From positions 108,688,001 to 108,752,000 of the forward strand of contig NC_058368.1 of NCBI RefSeq assembly GCF_018350175.1: 64,000 bases of DNA. The letters are read 5' to 3'. Positions 1 to 12,925 of the stretch are shown here, piece after piece; positions within the stretch are counted from its first letter, which is position 1; the number at the start of each line of letters is the position of its first letter. The translations under genes and the position numbers were made by a program. Source of the stretch: Felis catus (Eukaryota). A model generated the notes under the pieces. The model worked only from the letters and a program-made list of their open reading frames with translations. It searched no databases and was not told the origin of the DNA.

Positions 1-1980
1 TCAAATATGTGAAAAATATTTAAGCTCACATACAGTTAGGGAAATGCAAACTAAAATAACACTGAGATACCATTTCTCACCTATTAGAGTAGCAAAAATT
101 TTTAAATATGACAATATATTTTGTTGGTGAGGGTATGAGGAAACAGGATATGAGAATATGTTGATGGGATGCAAACTGGTATAATCTTTCTGGAGGAAAA
201 TCTGGCAATACGCAACAAAACTATATATCCACTTACCTTATGACCCAGCATCCTACTTCTGAAAATCTATCTTTACAATATAATATATTTTTGTATTATT
301 GATGGAATAAGTTTATTCATTTACACACTGTTTGTAGTGGCAAAATACTGGGGGGAAACCCTAGATATCTAATTCATAGGAGAGTGCTTAAATAAACAAA
401 AATATATCCATACAGTGGAGTACCATGCAGCTATTGAAAAAACATGAGGAAGAGCTCCTTAAAACTAGCTGGAGTGATTTCTAATACATACTAATATGTG
501 GAAAAAAACAAAATAAAAAAGTATATATAAATATGCTAACCTTCATGCACGAAAGAAGAGGATATAGGGCACCTGGGTGGCTCAGTTGGGTGAATATCAG
601 ATTTTGGCTCAGATCATGATCTCACGTTTTGTGAGTTCAAGCCCTACATTGGGCTAGCTGTTGTCAGTGCAGAGCCCACTCTGGATCCTCTGTCCCCCAC
701 TTCTCTCTGCCCCTCCCCTGCTTGTGCTCTTTCTCTCAAAAATAAATGAAACATTCAAAAAAAAAAGGGAAATAAAGAAGAGGATATAAGAAAATATATA
801 CAAAAGAAATATTAGAAAGATAAACCATAAGGGTTGGGTGGGAAAGGGGTAGAAAGAAGAGGGGAATAGGATCAGGGTAGCAGGAAGGAGAAGTGATGCT
901 TTCCTGAGAACATATATATATTTTATAGCTTTGACTCTTAGAACCATAGCAATGTTTCACATACCTTCACATAGCCCCTTCTCCCCAAATAAAGAAACAA
1001 ATCAGGATGGAAAACCAAAAATTGAATCTGACACTAGCAAATGAGTCTAACTATACTCCAAGTGATTAACAAAATGCACTGAAATATATATAACCTATAT
1101 AACTTTGTGTATGCTTGAATTATGTAAATAAGTAAATAAAATATTGTATTTTAACACATAAAATAAATATTCATGAATTAATACTGCTATAAACAACTGA
1201 ATAAACAGCAGAAAAGATACAATTCTTTTACAGTAGAATTTCAATTAGTGAATGTAGCAGGGAAGCAAAAAATAGAAAATCACCATTAAACAAACACCAG
1301 CATAATAACTGTTATAGTCAAGTTCCTCTGATGAATACTAATATCAGTGAATGAAAATTTGAGGACAAACAGGATTTATAGGGTCTCAAACTATCTTCTC
1401 TGGATATTTATTAACCACAAAGGCAAACTAGTAACTTAACTATTCAGAAAACCACAGACACCACCTTAATCAAGTGATGAAGTTTAGTATCACCAGTAAT
1501 ATGATATACTGACATCAAGAATTTAATACAATGTACTGAAAAAGGCATAACATCATTTCTGCAGTGTTCTTTAAAACATTGTATAAGCTCATTCTAATCA
1601 TAAGAAAACATTAGACAAATTCAAAAGTGAGGGACATTCTATAAAATAACTGATGAGTAATCTTCAAAAGTACCAAGATTATGAAAAACAAACAAAGACT
1701 GAGAAACTGTTACAGACTATAGTAGACTAAAGAAGAAGTAACAATCAGATGCAATGTTTGATCCTGAAACACAAGAAAAGAGATTGGTGGAAAAACTGGT
1801 GAAATGCAAATAAGGTTTAATTAGTAGTTTTATGCCAGTGTTAATTTTCTGACTCTGATCATTGTACTAATGTTATATAAGACAGCATTACGGAAAACTG
1901 GGTGAGATGTATAAGGGAATTCTCTATTTTTGCAACTTTTTTGCAAGTCTAAAATTACTTCAAAATAAAAGTTATAAAAC
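1..1980 (+). mobile_element. Old L1 (L1M-type) ORF2 3' end and 3'UTR fragments, interrupted by a SINE
   Basis: L1 3' motifs (gggaaatgcaaactaaaataacactgagataccatttctcacc; tgacccagcatcctacttct; atatatccatacagtggagtaccatgcagc), A-rich; boundaries approximate. Confidence 0.7.
567..773 (+). mobile_element. Can-SINE (SINEC_Fc-like)
   Basis: gggcacctgggtggctcag head, CT-rich body, A tail; flanking duplication aagaagaggatata. Confidence 0.92.
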
Positions 1981-2122
1981 AGGAGACCGCTATGTTATTT
2001 GTAGCCAAAGATAATGCTAATTGATAAACTTAGCTATAAATCATTCAAAAAATTACTTTGTTTTTCTGATATAGATGAGGGTTTTCCTCTGTGACATAAG
2101 AAAAAAGAATGTGAAAACTCAC

Positions 2123-2242
2123 CTAAAATTGCAGAGAGGTCTGAAAACTGTGGTACCTTCTCTATTGCTATTGCTTTACTGGTATCCAGAAGAGTGGAAT
2201 TCTTGCATTGCAGGTGTTCTTCCAACCTGGGACATTTCCAAT
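2123..2242 (-). CDS. MEIKIN: MEIKIN coding exon 6 (DWKCPRLEEHLQCKNSTLLDTSKAIAIEKVPQFSDLSAILG); gene continues beyond the left edge
   Basis: ttttag acceptor, gtgagt donor, 120 nt, phase 1/1; matches recalled MEIKIN segment DWECPNLEEHMQWKNSTLLDTSKAVAIEK. Confidence 0.9.
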
Positions 2243-3629
2243 CTAAAACAGCAGGCAGAAATGGCACACAACTTTGAACAAGAGCACACAAGTAGTAGGT
2301 TACCTCCCCCAACTCCAAAGGCCCCAGCCATACTAAGCTGTGGCAATTAAAGATTTGGGTAAGACAGAGAAAAAAGACAAGTCTTGAAGGCATCAGAATA
2401 GTAAATATTCTTTGGCCTATTTCAGTACTGTAATCTACTTTCTTTCATGGATTTTTGACCCATAAACATTATTGACATAAGAGACAGACAGCATACCTAT
2501 GAGGTTCCTTTTAATATTTTATGTATAAATTATACCTACGTCCCATTAAATAACATGCTAGTATTACTTGATGTCAGTTTTAAACTTTCCATTAACTTCC
2601 CACTACGCAAGAATGAGGTTATTCTCTCTTACATCCCTGTCCCCACCTTTTCCACACTTCCCATTATCCTGATATTATATTACATATTTAGTTAGATCAA
2701 TATTCGGTATAGACATTATAATAATAAGTTGCCATAAAAATGCTATTTACTCTTGTACACCATAACAATCATTTCTACCCCCTGGAGTCAGTCAGTCTTT
2801 TTTGTTAGTTTAGGTTTCTCTGTATTTTTCATCTATTTAATCCCAAACTTTACCAAGTTCTATAAATTCATTCTTTTCATTCTATTCTCTAGTGTTCTAA
2901 AGTTTCACAATGCTTCATCTTGGTGTTTTTCATCAATTGTGGTAGGCACAGTGTGACCCTTTTAACACAGAAATCATATTCTTTAACGCTAGGAAACTGT
3001 TCTTGCATTATAACATTGGTAATTTTCCTCTTGTTTCTTTCACCATCTTTGTCTGAAACTGCTTTCATTTGATATTGGATATCATATACTCCTCCACTAA
3101 CTTATCTCTGTTGAGTAGCAACCTTTCATCTTTATTTTCCTTTTTTTTCCTCCCCAACCCTAATTTCTAATCCTTCTACTAAATTTCTCTCTGCTATTGC
3201 ATTCATGATCTGAATATTCCCTTTTTCATAGCACCCTATTCTTATTTAATGAACACAATATACATTTTATGTCAGTGAGACTATTTTTTCAATATATTTT
3301 TTTCTCCTTGTGTTTCTATTTCTGCTTGGTTCCTTTTCTTAACTTTTAATTTTTAATTTTATTGTGGTAGGAACACTTAACATCAATCTACCCTCTCAAA
3401 TTTGTAAGTGTACAATATTGTTTAGTATAGTGTATCACAGTGTTGTATAGCAGATCTCTGGAACCTATTCATCTTACAAAACTGATACTTAATACCTGTT
3501 GAATAGCAGCTTCCCATGTCTATCTCATTCTAGGCCAGGGCAACCAACATTCTACCCTCTAATTCTATGAATTTGACTATTTTAGATATCTCATGCAAGA
3601 GGAATGATACAGTATTTATCTTTCTGTTA

Positions 3630-3730
3630 CTGGCTTATTTTACTTAATTTACTTTAATTATCATTTACTTATTATTTTACTTATTTTACTTTACTTACTT
3701 TACTTATTTACTTTACTTATTTTACTTATT
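3630..3730. repeat. Degenerate (TTTAC/TTATTTTAC)n simple repeat inside L1
   Basis: Repeated ttattttactta units visible directly. Confidence 0.8.
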
Positions 3731-4089
3731 CTTAAGGTTCATTCAGGTTGTTGCATATGGCAGGAACTCCCTTTAAGGCTGAATAATATTCCATCATCTG
3801 CATATACCATATTTCTTTTATCCATTCATAAATCAATGAAAACATAGATGGTTTCCACATTTAGCTATTGTGAATAATGCTGAAATAGATATGGGCGCAA
3901 ACATCTCTTTAAGATCCTGATTGCAATTATTTTGGATAAATGTCCACAAGTAGGATTGGTGAATCACATGGTAGTTCTATTTTTAATTTTTTGAGGAACC
4001 TCGACACTGTTCCCCATAGCAGTTGCACCATTTACAGTCCAAACAACAATGTACAAGTGTTCCAATTTCTCTACATCATTGTCAACACT

Positions 4090-4277
4090 TATTTTTTTGT
4101 TTATTTATTTTTGAGAGAGAGACAGATCATGAGTGGGGGAGGGACAGAGAGAGAGAGACAGAATCTGAAGCAGGCTCCAGGCTCTGAGCCTGACGTGGGG
4201 TTTGAACTCATGAGCCGTGAGATCATGACCTGAGCCGAAGGTGGATCCTTAACCGACTGAGCCACCCAGGATCCCCC
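4090..4277 (-). mobile_element. Can-SINE inserted in L1
   Basis: Reverse-complement SINE head (ccgactgagccacccagg), GA repeat and T tail. Confidence 0.9.
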
Positions 4278-4836
4278 CCACTTTTTTAAAAAATAATAAT
4301 CATCCTAACAGGTGAGGTGACATTTCATTGTGGTTTTGATTTGCATATCCCTGATAATTAGTGATGTTGGCATCTTTTCATATACTTGTTGGCCATCAGT
4401 ATATCTTCTTTGGGGAAATGTCTATTCAAGTCCTTTGGCCATTTTGTAACGGGGTTATTTGTTCATTTTTTTCCCCCTGAGTTATAGGAGTTTCTTATAT
4501 ATTTTTTAACATTAATCTCTTATCAGATAAGTGTTTTGCAAATATTTTCTCCCTTTTTGTATGTTGCCCTTTCACTCTGTTGTTTATTTTGCTGTGCAGG
4601 TTTTTAGTTTTATGTAATCTCACTTGTCTAACTTAGCTTTTGTTGCCTGTGCTTTTGGTGTTACATCCAAGAAATCATTAAGTATCATGAGGGTTTTCCC
4701 CTATGTTTTCTTCCATGTGTTTTATGGTTTCTGGTCTTATGTTTAAGTCTTTAATCCATTTTGAGTTGGGTTTTTTGTATGATATAAGGTATTGGTCTTA
4801 TTTCATCCTTTTGTAGGTGGAAGTCCAGTTTTCCCA

Positions 4837-4869
4837 CACTTGATCTTAGACAAAAGGCCAAGAAGCAAT
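4837..4869 (-). pseudogene. 3'-truncated (tailless) U2 snRNA retropseudogene, U2 nt 1-33
   Basis: Minus strand reads ATTGCTTCTTGGCCTTTTGTCTAAGATCAAGTG, 30/33 identical to the recalled U2 5' end; perfect 18-bp TSD ggaagtccagttttccca at 4819-4836 and 4870-4887. Confidence 0.92.
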
Positions 4870-7809
4870 GGAAGTCCAGTTTTCCCAACATTGTTTGTTG
4901 AAGAGACTATTCTTTCCCCACTGTGTATTCTTGCCACCATTGTTTAAAATCATTTCTCTCTATTCTATTCATCTACATGTCTATCTTTATGCCAGTACCA
5001 TACTGTTATAATTACTGTAGTTTTGCAATATATTTTGAATTCAAAAAAGTGTCAATTTTCTGTATGGTTTTTCTATTTATTGAAAATGGGAGTAATGAAG
5101 TCTTCATTACTGTATGGATGTCTATTTTTGCCCTCAGGTCTGTCAGTGTTTATCTGTTAGGTGCTTTGATGTTGAGTGCATATTTCTTTATATTTGTTAT
5201 ATGTTCCTGATTAATTGACCCTTTCATCATTATATAATGTCTTTGTGTCTTGTGATAGTTTTTGACTTAACAGATGTTTTATCTGATATAAGTAGAGCCA
5301 CTCCTGATTTCTTTTGGTTACCATTTATATGGATTATCTTTTCCTATTGCTCCACTTTCAGCCTATGTGTGTCTTGAAATGTAGAGTCTTTTGTAGATAG
5401 CATATAGACCTTGTTTTTCAAAATCCATCCAGCCACTCTGTGTCTTTTGATTGGGGAATTTAAACCAGTTACATTTGAAGTAATTATTGATAGGGAAAGA
5501 ATATTACTATGTTGTTAATTATTTTGTCTTATAGTTCTTTTACCCCTTTTCCTCTCTCGCCATCTTCATTTGTGTTTCATTGATTATTTTTAGACTGATA
5601 TGCTTTGACTCCTTTCTATTTTTCTTTTGTGTATTTTCTATAGGCATTTTTAATGTGGTTACCATGGTGCTTATATAAAATACAGTCTTAACAATCTATT
5701 TTAATCAGATAGCAACTTCCATTATATACAAAAACTCTATACTTTTATTTCTCCCTTCACACACATTTTGTGTTACTGATGTTATGGTTTACATTTTTTT
5801 ATGTTGTGTATCCATTAACATATTTTTATTTTTAATACTTTAGTCTTTTATATTAGAATTAAAAGAGATTTAAATACCACTGTTACAGTATTATTTTATA
5901 TTTATCTATATACTTATTGGCAAGTTTTATATTTTCATATGCTTTTGTGTTGCTGTTTAGAGTCCTATATTTCAACTTAAAGAACTCCTTTTACCATTTT
6001 TTTTTGTAAGGTGAGTCTAGTGGTGATTAACTCTTTCAGCTTTCGTTTAAGAAACTCCTTATCTCTTCATTTCTTTTTGAGTTTTTATTTTAACCACCTG
6101 GTGCTCATCAGGACAAATATACTCCTTAATCCCTATTACCTATTTCACCCATCCCTCACCCACCTGCCTTCTGGTAACTATCAGTTTGTTCTCTATAGTT
6201 AAGAGTCTGTTTCTTGACTTATCTCCCCCCCCCCCCCACCTTGTTCATTTGATTTGTTTCTTAAATTCCACTTATGAGTGTAATCACATGGTATTTGACT
6301 TTCTCTGACTTATTTTGCTTAGCATTATACTCTCTGGCTCTATCCATATTGTTGCAAGGGGAAAATTTCATTTTTTATGGCTGAACAATATTCCATTGAT
6401 GTTGTTTGTTTCTATTGATAGTTTTGCTGGTTGACAGTTTCTTTACTTTCACCACTTTGACAGATCATTCTACCCTTTGTGGCCTGCAAGGTTTCTGCTG
6501 AGAACCCAATGATAGTTTAATAGGGGTTCCCGTGTACATATCAAGTTGCTTTTCTACTACTGCTTTCAAAATTAAAAAAGTCAAAATTATTAAACAGTCA
6601 AATTATTAAAAGTCAAAATTTGACTTTTGATAATTTATGAGTCCCTGTGTGGATTTACTTGGTTACCTTATCTGAGATTCATTGGGCTTCCTAGGTCTGC
6701 ACGTGCATTTCCTTCCCCAAATTGGGTAAGTTTGCAGCTATTATTTCTGTGAATAAACTTTCTGGCAGGCTCTCTTTCTTTTTCCCTCACCCTCCTTTCA
6801 GCCCCTTACTCTTTCTTCCTATTCCTCCCTCTCTCGTCTTCTTTCTTTTACCCTTATCCCTCCCTTCTTTCTTTTTCTCCCTCTCTCCCTCCCTCATCTC
6901 TTTGCCCTCTGAGACTCCTATAAAGTTTAAAGTTAAAAGTTGCTCTGTTTAATTGTGTTCTATGAGTCTCTTAAGGTTTCCTCACACACCTTATTTGTTG
7001 TCAGTGGCCAATAGGCATCTAGAATATACCAGGTCCCATCAGCACTTTAAGACAATTGAGAAAGAAGTCATTCCCTTGGGTAGCACTCTGAGACAGGCAA
7101 GAGACTAGCCAATCCTTTGGGAAGGTCCCAGAAAATTTACAACATTTCACGCATGGTTCAGTTCTTTTCTTCCCTAACCAGGGAGAAGATGGGACTTAGG
7201 GGTTTCCTGCCAATTCCTGTTGGCTTTGTTATGGCTGGTCCCATACATGCTTGAGGTGCAGGAGTCCCTTTAACCAGTTTCAGATTTCTCACAAAGGGAA
7301 AAAGTCCATGTATTGCTGTTGAATTGGTGTGTCCATGGGGGGAAGAATGGATCAGGGCTTCTTATTCCAACATCTTGCTGATGTCACTCTCTATATATTT
7401 TCCTTTGTTTTGATCACTATGTGTTTTCTTAGAAGACTTCCTCAAGAAGACTGATGATCCTTGGCTCTCCTCTTATTTAAGAGGGAGCCCTAAAAGGCTA
7501 AGTGGAATCTCTGGCCTTGTTTGGGCTTGTCACAGAGTTGGTTTCAGTGCAGAGTGTTCTTGTCAGTTTCACTGAAGGGGTACTGAAGTCAGTATCTTTA
7601 GGTACTTTCTTTATGGTTGCTCAGATTTGTTAGGAAAGAATCTTCCATTCTCCTGCCTAGAAAGTTCAAGTCTGGGTGCTAGTATTTTGGAAGCTGAGCA
7701 GAGAAATGGGATGTTGGGTTGGGATGGGAATAGGCATTAGTCGAGAAGGTCTCACAATTCAGATGTACATTTTCATTTAATTTCCCCTCTTCTTCATTCA
7801 GTACAGTAT

Positions 7810-8272
7810 CTGAGACAGTTGCCTTTTATGTATAATAACCCCCAAATCTCATTGGCATGATATGAAAGCATTTACTTCTTATTCCCATGTGTACTGGTTG
7901 GCTCAGGCAGGTCTGCTTCAGATTACAGACCTGCTGATCAGATGGGACAGCTCCCTGCAGTCTGCAGGTTGTCTGGGACTATTCTGTCCCATACCTCTCA
8001 TTCTGGGGTCCCCACAGGGGAGGCAGAAGCTAATTAGGATATATTCATCTCACAATGTTAAAAGTTTAAGAGGACAAGCCCAACCATTTAAGCATATTTC
8101 AAAGATCTGTTTATATCTTATTGCCCAAAGCAAGTCACATTTCCATTACTGCACCAAAGCCAAACAGGGAGAAAGTTCATTCCACCACTACAAGGATATG
8201 GCAAGGGTGTGAACATATGATACTACTCCAGGGGAATGAGTAATTGGGATCAGCATTTCAAATTCCACGATC
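7810..8272. mobile_element. Probable MaLR/MLT1-type LTR remnant
   Basis: Resembles MLT1 (tataataacccccaaatctcattggc...gcatttacttctt...aaagcaagtcacat); recognised by eye only. Confidence 0.45.
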
Positions 8273-8656
8273 CTTGCTATTAACAGTGCCTAGTATCCTC
8301 CATTCCAGAGTTCCTCAGTTTCAAAATACCCAAAAGAATAAATCTCCATGTTCTATTTAAGTAAGTAGTCACCACATCTTCTACATTTCAGATATATCTT
8401 TTTACAAGTATTGGGGCATCCAAATTGTGAGCTTCTCTGGGATACCATAATGCAAATTGGCTTGTTTCTGGGTCATTCCCTAATGTCTTCATCCTTTTCT
8501 TATCTGGTGGCTTTTGATGTACAGTCCTATGTGACTGAGCCTGGAATACTCAGTGGATAGTGAGTGAGGGCAGGAAGTTTTAAAGAGGAAGACAAGCACA
8601 CCTTCTCAAAAGGAACATTATTCATTGGAGGATTTGTGGACAAAGGAACAATTTCT

Positions 8657-8890
8657 TTTTTTTTTTTTTAATTTTTTTTTTCTCAACGTTTTTATTTATT
8701 TTTGGGACAGAGAGAGACAGAGCATGAACGGGGGAGGGGCACAGAGAGAGGGAGACACAGAATCGGAAACAAGCTCCAGGCTCTGAGCCATCAGCCCAGA
8801 GCCCGACGCGGGGCTCGAACTCACGGACCGCGAGATCATGACCTGAGCTGAAGTCGGACACTTAACCGACTGCGCCACCCAGGCGCCCCC
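8657..8890 (-). mobile_element. Young full-length SINEC_Fc
   Basis: Near-consensus with CpGs retained; TSD caaaggaacaatttct on both sides; long T tail. Confidence 0.95.
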
Positions 8891-8942
8891 AAAGGAACAA
8901 TTTCTATAGTGGGTCAGCTTAAGGTTGAAATTGTTTTCTCAC

Positions 8943-9080
8943 CTAAATAATCTGATCCTCTGAAGAGTTCAGGTGATGGGAAACTACTTAAACTCTCTTC
9001 AAAACTCTTGCATTCCGTGTAAGAGTCTGTGAATGAATAGCTCAGAAGAGAACTAGAAATATCATGCTGCAAACTTTGTC
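8943..9080 (-). CDS. MEIKIN: MEIKIN coding exon 5 (GQSLQHDISSSLLSYSFTDSYTECKSFEESLSSFPSPELFRGSDYL)
   Basis: ctatag acceptor, gtgaga donor, 138 nt, phase 1/1; SSLLSYS and FPSPELFR motifs of MEIKIN. Confidence 0.92.
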
Positions 9081-9463
9081 CTATAGAATAAACAAACAAA
9101 AAAGGTAAAATGTTTCAACAGTAAACACACTCAAAATCCTAAGAATTCAAATATGTAGAAATATACATGCAGTTTTATACAGAGAATGTAAAATTACTTA
9201 TATAAATGACTGAAAAAGCATACAATTGTACACCACTTTAACTTAAACCTTAGAAAATAACTTGTTTTTTATGTAGAAAAATGCATTATAATCTTTTCCA
9301 TTGCTTTCCCAAGTTTTATAATTTATTCCTTATGCTCCTTAGCTTCTATTGTGATTTTTTACCCCAAAATACAAGTTTTATATATAAGTAACTCACTAAC
9401 TGTAAACTAACAAGTTGAGAATAAAGGGTAATCTAGTTATTCCATTTAAAAATCAATGAGCCT

Positions 9464-10362
9464 ACATCACCAGAGAAATACAAATCACAACGAGATGCCA
9501 TCTCACTCCTATCTGAAGGGCTAAAATTAACAACTCAGGAAATAACAGACGTTGGTGAGAATGCAGAGAAAAGGGAACTCTTTTGCACTGTTGGTGGGAA
9601 TGCAAACTGGTGCAGCCACTCTGGAAAACAGTATGGATGTTCCTCAAAAAATTAAAAATACAACTACCCTACAATCCAGCAATGGCACTACTAGGTTATC
9701 CAAAGGATACAAAAATGCTGATTCAAAGGGGCACATGCACCCCTGTGTTTATAGCAGTTCTATCAACAATAACCATTTTGTGGAAAGAGCCCAAATGTCC
9801 ATCGAATGATGAATGGATAAAAAAGATGTGGTGTGTATATATATATATACACATATATATATATACACACATATACATATATACACACCACATCTTTTTT
9901 AAACAAAAAAGATTTATATATATATACATATATATAAATAATGGAATACTACTTGGTGATCAAAAAGAATGAAATCTTGCCATTTGCAATAACATGGATG
10001 AAAAGAGAGTGTATTATGCTAAGTAAAATAAATCAATCAGAGAAAGACAAATAGCGTATGATTTCACTTATGTAGAATTTAAGAAACACAACAAATGCAC
10101 ATATGGGAAGGGAAGGAAAAATAAGATAAAAACAGAGAGGGAAGCAAACCATAAGACACTCTTAAATACAGAGAACAAACTGAGGGTTGCTGGAGGGGAG
10201 GGTGGGTGAATGGGCTAAATGGGTAATGGAAATTAAGGAGGGCACTTGTTGGGATAAGCAAGGGTGTTCTATGTAAGCGATCAATCACTGGGTTCTGCAT
10301 CTGAAACGGATACTACACTGTATGTTAACTAACTTCAATTTAAATAAATAAATTTTAAAAAA
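9464..10362 (+). mobile_element. 5'-truncated carnivore L1 (ORF2 C-terminus, 3'UTR, A tail)
   Basis: Translates [30 protein letters not shown] (L1 ORF2 C-terminus); carnivore-type 3'UTR. Confidence 0.92.
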
Positions 10363-11959
10363 GGATACAACCAGTTGTAAATTAGAGACTATTTTCTATT
10401 TCCTTATATCTTTCACACATCAACTTTATAAATCTAGTAACCAAGGACATATATTGTGTATTTAAACTACAATTTTACAAAATAATAATTATGGTTAGTT
10501 TATTTCCTCTAAACAGAGTATAAAACTCATTCAACAAGCATTTGAAATTATATGATGTCCCAAATATGGGATAGGAACATAAAAGGTAGTGCTTATTCTC
10601 AACAGCTTTAGATTCAAGAGTAACAAAAGCAATTATACTGCTGTTTTAAGTCCTGATAGAAGTATACAAAAAGTGCCACAGAACTTCCAAGAAAAAACAA
10701 CTCATATACAAAGAAGAGGGGTCAGGAGAGGCTTCCCAGTAGAGACAGCACCGGAATTTTTTTTTTCTTGAAGAATAAGTAGATATTAACCAGGCAAAGA
10801 AGAAAGACGTAAGGAAAAGCATTTGTTGAGCAGCTCCCTTGCTCTTTTGCACTATATTCTAGAAAATATTTCTCTATTCTATTTTCTAGCTAGCTAATTT
10901 GATTTTGAGCTGAATTCACTTCAATATTAGGCTCAATTACTGAGTTTTTAAATTTGATGATATTTTTATGTTCCAAGGACCATTAATTTTTTAAAATAGG
11001 GCTGTTATATTATGGATCCAGGGGCCTCTTGTCTTTAAAGAGATATTTAGTTTTTCTCTAGTTCTTCAAGCATTACTCTGTTTGCTTGATTTGTTGCCTC
11101 TCTTCTGTGTCACTGGTTTTATTCAAAGGTTTGGGTGTTCCTAGTTGTCTGTTCATATCTCTGCTTGAAAATATGCATTTTTACAGCAGTGTGTATAAAT
11201 TCTGAAACAGCAGCCTAGCTCTGGAGATTTCTTAGAAGTGTAATGAGACATGCTGAGAACCCATGTTCTACATGGTGATGTCCTCCTGCAGTTTCAGGTA
11301 TTGTAGGTAAAATGGGGCACTATTTTAATTGTCCGGCTAGTGTACACACTAGAAGGCTCCTTTATCAGAATTTCCACTTCAGGGAGCCATACTACATCTT
11401 TACCCTGGGGTTAACAAGCATAATCTACCTCTTTTACCTTTTTCTCCCTCTGCTATCCTTGTGGTAATCTGGATTTACTACAGACTCTCTTCTGCTTCTC
11501 ACCCCAGTCCCAGCATTGATACTTAAGAACTAAACCCTCAGTTCACTTTCCTTAGGAGTAGTTCTCAGGGTTTATCCTGGCAGCATGCATTGTCAGCTGC
11601 CAATGTTTCCAAAATAAGCAAAGGATGAGGCAGAGGAACCAGGTCACATAGTGGCAAAATGCAGTGCTTAATCTATCTATCACCTTGACAATTCCTTCAG
11701 GGTCCTTTTTATTATAGGGTTTTTTTTTGTTTTGTTTTGGTTTGCTTTGGGTTTTTTTGCATTTATTCACCAACTATTTGGAATGTCTCTAGAGCTCTTA
11801 TCTCTGCAGTGGTTTTTCTCTGCTCTTCAAATATTCTCAAATATTCAGCAATCTGATCTCATCTGCTTTTAAGAATTCCTCAGTAATTCTGGTGTGCTGA
11901 TGGCATCCTTTCTTGTATTCAAAAATAACTTCAATTACACCAATATGTAGATGGCTCAT

Positions 11960-12740
11960 AAATTTCTATCAGCAATCATCCATATCCAACTTGCCTATTT
12001 GGCATTCTACTTATTCATCTTAAAAGCACCCATAACCTAATATATTAAAAACATAATTTATGACCTTTCCCTCAAACGAGATTTTTTTTCAGTAAATGGC
12101 ACCACCTTGTATCCAGTTATGCAAGCCAGAAACAGGTGTCATCTTTGATACTTCCATCTCCTTCATTCTTCATTTGCCAAATTCTGTCAGTTTCGTTTCC
12201 TAAAATGGTCATGAGCTAGGCTCACTTCTTTCCATTTTCAATGTCATCCTTTAGTACAAAGTGCCATCATTCCTCCCCTAAAATACTGTAATAACCTCCT
12301 ATCTGGTCTATTTGCATCCATTCATGCTTCTTTCCATACTGTAGCCAATGTGATCATATATCTTCCTAAGTAAAAGACTCCAGTGGCTTCCTGCTGCTCC
12401 AAATATAAACAGCCACATCTTTGACATGGCCTACAAGGCTCGGCAAGGCCTCTGTGTGTGTTCAACCTTGTCTTAATATTGCATTTACCCTTCCTTTCTG
12501 ACCAACAACCACACTGGACTTCTTTCAGTTCATTGAACACGTAAGGCTTAATCCCAAGTTACGGTCTTTGCTATTCCCTCTGCCTGGGTGGCTCTTAACT
12601 CACCTCTTTGCATAGCTAATTTCTCCTTTTCTTCCAAACGCAATTCAATTGCTGTTCCTTCATAGAAGCTTTCCCTAATCTCTCCAGCTAAACTCAATTT
12701 GTTACAGTCAAATCAATCTCTTTTGTAGCATTTATAACAA
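11960..12740. mobile_element. L2 LINE remnant
   Basis: L2-like motifs (aatggcaccaccttgtatccagttatgcaagccagaaac; ccagtggcttcctgctgctc; ttccctctgcctgg). Confidence 0.6.
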
Positions 12741-12925
12741 TTTTAATTTCCTGGTGTGTACTTGAAAGCTATGAGGATGAGGTCCATTGCACAGGCAGAT
12801 GGATTCACCTTGGACTAGGAGAAAGATACCTCTTCCACTAAGATGGGAAGATGAAACAAAAATACAAATGGATGCTTATGTTCAGAAGAAAGAAAGTTGA
12901 GAGAGTTCATATCTGGCAGTCTTAC

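Larger units (their letters stand above)
3345..6780 (-). mobile_element. Composite of antisense-strand L1 fragments (3'UTR and ORF2 pieces; a younger carnivore L1 3' end near 6070-6400)
   Basis: Reverse-complement L1 motifs (cattgtggttttgatttgcat, tttaagtctttaatccattttgagtt, ccagtaccatactgttataattactgtag); boundaries approximate. Confidence 0.8.

Noticed and set aside
8622..8878. Recurrent ORFs such as MAQSVKCPTSAQVMISR (also near 17.3k, 29.7k, 41.9k, 51.5k, 54.0k, 62.5k) resembling a small-protein family
   Set aside because: They are translations of Can-SINE consensus sequence, not genes
9583..9972. 129-aa ORF with [12 protein letters not shown] (similar ORF at 26924-27238)
   Set aside because: Fragments of L1 ORF2 in 5'-truncated, inactive copies
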